Source: a virus (Duplodnaviria > Heunggongvirae > Uroviricota > Caudoviricetes). From it: a DNA stretch of 14,515 bases. Below are positions 10,101-14,515 of this stretch, one piece after another (position 1 is the first letter of the stretch; the number at the start of each line of letters is the position of its first letter). A program made the translations under genes and the position numbers. The stretch lies in the IMG/VR virus record IMGVR_UViG_2541047895_000006, one strand, 5' to 3'. The notes beneath the pieces were generated by a model. It saw nothing but the letters and a program-made list of their open reading frames with translations, did no database searches and was not told the DNA's origin.

Positions 10101-10130
10101 AAAAAGAAAACCCGACACTAAGGTCGGGTT
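10101..10130 (-). terminator. Intrinsic terminator downstream of cI (minus strand)
   Basis: AACCCGAC (10109-10116), loop ACTAAG, GTCGGGTT (10123-10130); AAAAAGAAAA at 10101-10110 on plus gives a U-rich tail after the hairpin on the minus strand. Lies 30 nt after the cI stop, where lambda has rexAB. Confidence 0.55.
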
Positions 10131-10160
10131 ATTGTTGTGTGCTTTAGAGTGGTGAGGCTG

Positions 10161-10856
10161 TTAACTAAATGTCTCTTCAGGCCACTGGCTGGCGATAACT
10201 TTCCCTACTACGGAACAGCTATCATTGCATGGAATCATTGGATATTGCGGGTTTAGTGGCTGTAGGAACACCTGACCGCTATCCCTGATCAGTTTCTTGA
10301 AGGTAAACTCGTCACCACCAAGTCTGGCTATGCAGAAATCACCTGGCTCAACAGCCTGCTCAGGGTCAACGAGAATTAACATCCCGTCAGGAAAGCTTGG
10401 CTTGGATCCTGTTGGCGCGGTCATGGAATTACCTTCAACTTCAAGCCAGAACGCACAATCACTGGCTTTTTTGGTTGTGCTGACCCATCTCTCCGCATCA
10501 CCTTTGGTAAAGGTTCTAAGCTCAGGCGAGAACATCCCGGCCTGAACATGAGAAAAAACAGGGTACTCATATTGTTTTTTAACGGGGGCAGATGAGTATT
10601 CGCCAACAGGTGAAAATGTACCGTCGTGGTTGAATGAGACGTTATCAATACCAAGGTATTTAAACACCACACCAATCTCGTCAAGAGATGGATGACGAGA
10701 TCCGCGCAACCAGTGACCAATTCCACCCTGCGTCATACCAAGCTCTTCAGCTAACTTCTCTTGAGTTATGCCGAGCTCTTTCATTCTGGATCTAGCCAGT
10801 TCATACCATTTCATTTTCATACCCTTATTATTACGCTCTGTACTAAAACCATCCAT
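10161..10856 (-). CDS. cI: CI-type prophage repressor (HTH N-terminal domain plus LexA/S24-like autocleavage C-terminal domain), about 225-231 aa; start uncertain (ATG 10856, 10820 or 10814)
   Basis: C-terminus ...[51 protein letters not shown] matches lambda CI as recalled; N-terminal domain ([37 protein letters not shown]) is an HTH not matching lambda, 434 or other repressors I can recall. Confidence 0.9.
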   Translation of the reverse strand: MDGFSTERNNKGMKMKWYELARSRMKELGITQEKLAEELGMTQGGIGHWLRGSRHPSLDEIGVVFKYLGIDNVSFNHDGTFSPVGEYSSAPVKKQYEYPVFSHVQAGMFSPELRTFTKGDAERWVSTTKKASDCAFWLEVEGNSMTAPTGSKPSFPDGMLILVDPEQAVEPGDFCIARLGGDEFTFKKLIRDSGQVFLQPLNPQYPMIPCNDSCSVVGKVIASQWPEETFS

Positions 10857-10876
10857 GCACAAGATGTATTTTTTGT

Positions 10877-10905
10877 TTGCATTCTAAAAGTACATATCGT
10901 ATTAT
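10877..10905 (+). promoter_or_regulatory. pR: pR-equivalent rightward early promoter (TTGCAT-17-TATTAT)
   Basis: -35 TTGCAT (10877-10882), 17-nt spacer, -10 TATTAT (10900-10905), about 27 nt upstream of the cro start. A minus-strand TAGAAT (plus 10881-10886) is a candidate pRM -10. Confidence 0.55.
10889..10903. promoter_or_regulatory. Candidate OR operator (AGTAC-N5-GTATT) overlapping the pR -10
   Basis: Shares the AGTAC-N5-GTA pattern with the OL palindrome at 10009-10023. Confidence 0.4.
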
Positions 10906-10931
10906 TGTTTCATGGTTACTATGGAGGGCAT

Positions 10932-11147
10932 ATGAGCAACCTACGAAAATATCGAGAGTCACTGAATATCTCTCAAACAACACTTGCTAAGGCAGTTGGA
11001 TGCACACAGGGAGCTATCGGACATTGGGAATCTGGTCGTCGCTTCCCAGACCTTAAAACATGCCGTGCTCTTGTTGAGTGCCTAAACAAGTTAGGCGCAA
11101 AAGTCAGTCTTGATGACGTGTTCCCGCCGGAACACAAAGCCGCTTAA
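10932..11147 (+). CDS. cro: Cro-type repressor (XRE-family HTH), 71 aa; not lambda Cro
   Basis: ATG at 10932 with GGAGGG 6 nt upstream; MSNLRKYRESLNISQTTLAKAVGCTQGAIGHWESGRRFPDLKTCRALVECLNKLGAKVSLDDVFPPEHKAA; divergent from cI. Confidence 0.85.
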   Translation: MSNLRKYRESLNISQTTLAKAVGCTQGAIGHWESGRRFPDLKTCRALVECLNKLGAKVSLDDVFPPEHKAA

Positions 11148-11155
11148 GACATTCC

Positions 11156-11187
11156 CGCTCTTACACATCCCAGCCCTGAAAAAGGGC
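11156..11187 (+). promoter_or_regulatory. nutR: nutR (boxA CGCTCTTACACAT 11156-11168; boxB GCCCTGAAAAAGGGC 11173-11187), followed by the tR1 region
   Basis: Canonical lambda boxA and boxB sequences read directly; downstream sequence up to cII matches the lambda tR1/cII leader as recalled. Confidence 0.85.
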
Positions 11188-11266
11188 ATCAAATTAAACC
11201 ACACCTATGGTGTATGCATTTATTTGCATACATTCAATCAATTGTTATCTAAGGAAATACTTACAT

Positions 11267-11560
11267 ATGGTTCGTGCAAACAAACGCAACGAGGCTCTAC
11301 GAATCGAGAGTGCGTTGCTTAACAAAATCGCAATGCTTGGAACTGAGAAGACAGCGGAAGCTGTGGGAGTTGATAAGTCGCAGATCAGCAGGTGGAAGAG
11401 AGACTGGATTCCAAAGTTCTCAATGCTGCTTGCTGTTCTTGAATGGGGGGGCGTTGACGACGACATGGCTCGATTGGCGCGACAAGTTGCTGCGATTCTC
11501 ACCAATAAAAAACGCCCGGCGGCAACCGAGCGTTCTGAACAAATCCAGATGGAGTTCTGA
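11267..11560 (+). CDS. cII: Lambda CII transcriptional activator, 97 aa
   Basis: MVRANKRNEALRIESALLNKIAMLGTEKTAEAVGVDKSQISRWKRDWIPKFSMLLAVLEWGGVDDDMARLARQVAAILTNKKRPAATERSEQIQMEF. Confidence 0.95.
   Translation: MVRANKRNEALRIESALLNKIAMLGTEKTAEAVGVDKSQISRWKRDWIPKFSMLLAVLEWGGVDDDMARLARQVAAILTNKKRPAATERSEQIQMEF
11276..11289 (-). promoter_or_regulatory. pRE: pRE -35 region with CII binding repeats TTGC-N6-TTGC
   Basis: Minus strand reads TTGCGTTTGTTTGC overlapping the 5' end of cII, the known CII recognition motif at lambda pRE. Confidence 0.65.
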
Positions 11561-11582
11561 GGTCATTACTGGATCTATCAAC
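11506..11582 (-). ncRNA. oop: Probable oop antisense RNA (positional inference from lambda)
   Basis: cII-O intergenic region and cII 3' end resemble lambda; GC-rich hairpin at 11511-11520 is followed by a U-run on the minus strand, as for the oop terminator. Boundaries projected from lambda coordinates, not independently verified. Confidence 0.4.
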
Positions 11583-11592
11583 AGGAGTCATT

Positions 11593-12492
11593 ATGACAAA
11601 TACAGCAAAAATACTCAACTTCGGCAGAGGTAACTTTGCCGGACAGGAGCGTAATGTGGCAGATCTCGATGATGGTTACGCCAGACTATCAAATATGCTG
11701 CTTGAGGCTTATTCAGGCGCAGATCTGACCAAGCGACAGTTTAAAGTGCTGCTTGCCATTCTGCGTAAAACCTATGGGTGGAATAAACCAATGGACAGAA
11801 TCACCGATTCTCAACTTAGCGAGATTACAAAGTTACCCGTCAAACGGTGCAATGAAGCCAAGTTAGAACTCGTCAGAATGAATATTATCAAGCAGCAAGG
11901 CGGCATGTTTGGACCAAATAAAAACATCTCAGAATGGTGTATCCCTCAAAACGAGGGAAAATCCCCTAAAACGAGGGATAAAACATCCCTCAAATTGGGG
12001 GATTGCTATCCCTCAAAACAGGGGGACACAAAAGACACTATTACAAAAGAAAAAAGAAAAGATTATTCGTCCGAGAATTCTGGCGAATCCTCTGACCAGC
12101 CAGAAAACGATCTTTCTGTGGTTAAACCGGATGCTGCAATTCAGAGCGGCAGCAGGTGGGGGACAGCAGAAGACCTGACCGCCGCAGAGTGGATGTTTGA
12201 CATGGTGAAGACTATCGCGCCATCAGCCAGAAAACCGAATTTTGCAGGGTGGGCTAACGATATCCGCCTGATGCGTGAACGTGACGGACGTAACCACCGC
12301 GACATGTGCGTGCTGTTCCGCTGGGCATGCCTGGACAACTTCTGGTCCGGTAACGTGCTGAGCCCGGCCAAACTCCGCGACAAGTGGACCCAGCTCGAAA
12401 TCAACCGTAACAAGCAACAGGCAGTAGTGACAGCCAGCAAACCAAAACTCGACTTGACAAACACAGACTGGATTTACGGGGTGGATCTATGA
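11593..12492 (+). CDS. O: Lambda O replication initiator, 299 aa
   Basis: MTNTAKILNFGRGNFAGQERNVADLDDGYARLSNMLLEAYSGADLTKRQFKVLLAILRKTYGWNKPMDR... matches lambda O. Confidence 0.97.
   Translation: MTNTAKILNFGRGNFAGQERNVADLDDGYARLSNMLLEAYSGADLTKRQFKVLLAILRKTYGWNKPMDRITDSQLSEITKLPVKRCNEAKLELVRMNIIKQQGGMFGPNKNISEWCIPQNEGKSPKTRDKTSLKLGDCYPSKQGDTKDTITKEKRKDYSSENSGESSDQPENDLSVVKPDAAIQSGSRWGTAEDLTAAEWMFDMVKTIAPSARKPNFAGWANDIRLMRERDGRNHRDMCVLFRWACLDNFWSGNVLSPAKLRDKWTQLEINRNKQQAVVTASKPKLDLTNTDWIYGVDL
11941..12065. repeat. ori: ori-lambda: four iterons (O-protein binding sites) plus adjacent AT-rich unwinding region, inside the O gene
   Basis: Four tandem copies of the ATCCCTCAAAACGAGGGA type repeat (11941-12028), followed by an A/T-rich stretch aaagacactattacaaaagaaaaaagaaaagattatt. 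Confidence 0.88.
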
Positions 12493-13190
12493 AAAACATC
12501 GCCGCACAGATGGTTAACTTTGACCGTGAGCAGATGCGTCGGATCGCCAACAACATGCCGGAACAGTACGACGAAAAGCCGCAGGTACAGCAGGTAGCGC
12601 AGATCATCAACGGTGTGTTCAGCCAGTTACTGGCAACTTTCCCGGCGAGCCTGGCTAACCGTGACCAGAACGAACTGAACGAAATCCGCCGCCAGTGGGT
12701 TCTGGCTTTCCGGGAAAACGGGATCACCACGATGGAACAGGTTAACGCAGGAATGCGCGTAGCCCGTCGGCAGAATCGACCATTCCTGCCATCACCCGGG
12801 CAGTTTGTTGCCTGGTGTCGTGAAGAAGCATCTGTTATTGCCGGACTGCCAAACGCCAGCGAGCTGGTTGATATGGTTTACGAGTATTGCCGGAAGCGTG
12901 GCCTGTATCCAGATGCAGAGTCTTATCCGTGGAAATCAAACGCGCACTACTGGCTGGTTACCAACCTGTACCAGAACATGCGGGCCAATGCGCTGACTGA
13001 CGCGGAATTACGGCGTAAGGCTGCCGATGAGCTGACCTGTATGACAGCGCGAATTAACTGTGGTGAGACTATACCTGAACCAGTAAAACAACTTCCTGTC
13101 ATGGGCGGCAGACCTCTAAATCGAGCACAGGCTCTGGCGAAGATCGCAGAAATTAAAGCTAAGTTCGGACTGAAAGGAGCAAGTGTATGA
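12489..13190 (+). CDS. P: Lambda P (DnaB helicase loader), 233 aa
   Basis: MKNIAAQMVNFDREQMRRIANNMPEQYDEKPQVQQVAQIINGVFSQLLATFPASLANRDQNELNEIRRQW... matches lambda P; start overlaps the O stop. Confidence 0.97.
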   Translation: MKNIAAQMVNFDREQMRRIANNMPEQYDEKPQVQQVAQIINGVFSQLLATFPASLANRDQNELNEIRRQWVLAFRENGITTMEQVNAGMRVARRQNRPFLPSPGQFVAWCREEASVIAGLPNASELVDMVYEYCRKRGLYPDAESYPWKSNAHYWLVTNLYQNMRANALTDAELRRKAADELTCMTARINCGETIPEPVKQLPVMGGRPLNRAQALAKIAEIKAKFGLKGASV

Positions 13191-13477
13191 CGGGCAAAGA
13201 GGCAATTATTCATTACCTCGGAACGCATAAGAGCTTCTGTGCACAGGACGTTTCCGCGCTAACAGGCGCAACAGTAACCAGCATAAATCAGGCCGCGGCT
13301 AAAATGGCACGGGCAGGTCTTCTGGTTATCGAAGGTAAGGTCTGGCGAACGGTGTATTACCGGTTCGCTACCAGAGAAGAACGGGAAGGAAAGGTGAGCA
13401 CGAACCTGATTTTTAAGGAGTGTCGCCAGAGTGCCGCGATGAAACGGGTATTGGCGGTATATGGAGTTAAAAGATGA
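13187..13477 (+). CDS. ren: Lambda Ren (Rex exclusion resistance), 96 aa
   Basis: MTGKEAIIHYLGTHKSFCAQDVSALTGATVTSINQAAAKMARAGLLVIEGKVWRTVYYRFATREEREGKVSTNLIFKECRQSAAMKRVLAVYGVKR. Confidence 0.9.
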   Translation: MTGKEAIIHYLGTHKSFCAQDVSALTGATVTSINQAAAKMARAGLLVIEGKVWRTVYYRFATREEREGKVSTNLIFKECRQSAAMKRVLAVYGVKR

Positions 13478-13502
13478 CCATCTACATCACTGAGCTAATA
13501 AC

Positions 13503-13533
13503 AGGCCTGCTGGTAATCGCAGGCCTTTTTATT
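13503..13533 (+). terminator. tR2-like intrinsic terminator between ren and ninB
   Basis: AGGCCTGC (13503-13510), loop TGGTAATC, GCAGGCCT (13519-13526), followed by TTTTTATTT. Confidence 0.65.
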
Positions 13534-13550
13534 TGGGGGAGAGGGAAGTC

Positions 13551-13991
13551 ATGAAAAAACTAACCTTTGAAATTCGATCTCCAGCACATCAGCAAAACGC
13601 TATTCACGCGGTACAGCAAATTCTTCCAGACCCAACCAAACCAATCGTAGTAACCATTCAGGAACGCAACCGCAGCTTAGACCAGAATCGAAAGCTTTGG
13701 GCTTGCCTTGGTGACGTCTCTCGTCAGGTTGAATGGCATGGTCGCTGGCTGGATGCAGAAAGCTGGAAGTGCGTTTTTACAGCAGCATTAAAGCAGCAGG
13801 ACGTTGTTCCTAACCTTGCCGGGAATGGCTTTGTGGTAATAGGCCAGTCAACCAGCAGGATGCGTGTAAGCGAATTTGCGGAGCTATTAGAGCTTATACA
13901 GGCATTCGGTACAGAGCGTGGCGTTAAGTGGTCAGACGAAGCGCGACTGGCTCTCGAATGGAAAGCGCGATGGGGAGATCGGGCTGCATGA
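13551..13991 (+). CDS. ninB: NinB (Orf family recombination mediator), 146 aa
   Basis: ATG at 13551 after GGGAGAGGGAAG; MKKLTFEIRSPAHQQNAIHAVQQILPDPTKPIVVTIQERNRSLDQNRKLWACLGDVSRQVEWHGRWLDAESWKC... Confidence 0.9.
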   Translation: MKKLTFEIRSPAHQQNAIHAVQQILPDPTKPIVVTIQERNRSLDQNRKLWACLGDVSRQVEWHGRWLDAESWKCVFTAALKQQDVVPNLAGNGFVVIGQSTSRMRVSEFAELLELIQAFGTERGVKWSDEARLALEWKARWGDRAA

Positions 13992-14515
13992 CTATCAAAT
14001 CAAATACGCCATCACACGACAAGGACTGCTGGCAAACGCCGCTCTGGCTTTTTGATGCACTGGATATTGAGTTTGGATTCTGGCTGGATTCGGCAGCGAG
14101 CGACAAAAATGCTCTGTGCGCTCACTGGCTAACTGAGGCTGACGACGCGCTAAATTCTGAGTGGATAAGCCACGGTGCAATCTGGAATAACCCACCGTAC
14201 AGCAATATCAGGCCGTGGGTGGAAAAAGCCGCTGAGCAGTGCATACAACAACGACAGACGGTAGTGATGCTTGTGCCAGAGGATATGTCTGTCGGATGGT
14301 TCAGCAAGGCTCTGGAGAGTGTCGACGAAGTTCGCATTATCACTGATGGACGGATTAATTTTATCGAACCATCGACAGGGCTGGAGAAGAAGGGAAACAG
14401 CAAAGGCTCCATGCTGCTGATTTGGCGACCGTTCATCAGTCCTCGACGGATGTTTACTACCGTATCCAAAGCGGCATTGATGGCGATCGGGCAGGGCGTC
14501 AGGAGGGCGGCATGA
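13988..14515 (+). CDS. Phage-type DNA N6-adenine methyltransferase (Dam-like, NPPY motif), 175 aa, in the ninC position
   Basis: ATG at 13988 overlaps the ninB stop (ATGA). Translation MTIKSNTPSHDKDCWQTPLWLFDALDIEFGFWLDSAASDKNALCAHWLTEADD...AIWNNPPYSNIRPW... carries the (D/N)PPY catalytic motif of amino-methyltransferases. Stop at 14513-14515, the window end. Confidence 0.8.
   Translation: MTIKSNTPSHDKDCWQTPLWLFDALDIEFGFWLDSAASDKNALCAHWLTEADDALNSEWISHGAIWNNPPYSNIRPWVEKAAEQCIQQRQTVVMLVPEDMSVGWFSKALESVDEVRIITDGRINFIEPSTGLEKKGNSKGSMLLIWRPFISPRRMFTTVSKAALMAIGQGVRRAA

Noticed and set aside
10297-11147. ORFs 10297-10545 and 10421-10726 inside cI, and the long 10761-11147 form of cro
   Set aside because: The first two are shadow ORFs within cI. 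For cro, the ATG at 10932 has a strong ribosome-binding site (GGAGGG) and sits downstream of the pR -10, whereas the upstream extension would run through the operator/promoter region and the cI start.
11110-11633. ORFs 11110-11322, 11245-11505 and 11274-11633 and the long 11207-11560 form of cII
   Set aside because: The cII start at 11267 gives the canonical 97-aa protein; the others are alternative frames over nutR/tR1/cII without support.
11909-13228. Alternative-frame and antisense ORFs within O and P (for example 11909-12178, 12141-12464, 12401-12730, 12947-13228)
   Set aside because: Overlap the O and P genes, which match lambda proteins; the repetitive ori iterons inflate alternative-frame ORFs.
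13924-14469. Minus-strand ORFs antisense to the methyltransferase gene and the long 13928-14515 form of it
   Set aside because: The ATG at 13988 is coupled to the ninB stop and begins the conserved methyltransferase N-terminus; the upstream extension overlaps ninB in another frame.

Overview
This window is the left arm and immunity/replication region of a lambda-like prophage integrated at the canonical E. coli attB site. It starts with the complete host gene ybhC (minus strand) and the attL junction (15-bp core GCTTTTTTATACTAA at 1331-1345), followed by int and xis. The leftward pL operon then runs from N (9456-9779) down through ea10, cIII, kil, gam, bet, exo, orf60a, orf63 and an orf73 (TraR/DksA-like) gene to xis/int. 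A hetero-immune cI/cro pair sits between divergent promoters with no rexAB, and the rightward operon carries cro, nutR, cII, O (with the ori iterons), P, ren, tR2, ninB and a Dam-like N6-adenine methyltransferase in the ninC slot. Three things interrupt the lambda-like backbone: (1) an AT-rich ~1 kb insert (2893-3948) where lambda has ea8.5/ea22, with only plus-strand ORFs including a putative small multi-TM membrane protein; (2) a complete 1249-bp IS911-like element (4165-5413) with a 3-bp GTC target duplication, inserted after codon 3 of orf73; (3) an AT-rich insert (about 8759-9463) in the ral/sieB slot carrying a plus-strand 164-aa gene with a C-terminal four-Cys motif that converges on and overlaps the 3' end of N. 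Inserts 1 and 3 are the best candidates for undescribed prophage-encoded exclusion or defence functions. All gene identifications rest on reading the six-frame translations and recalled lambda biology; no database search was run.
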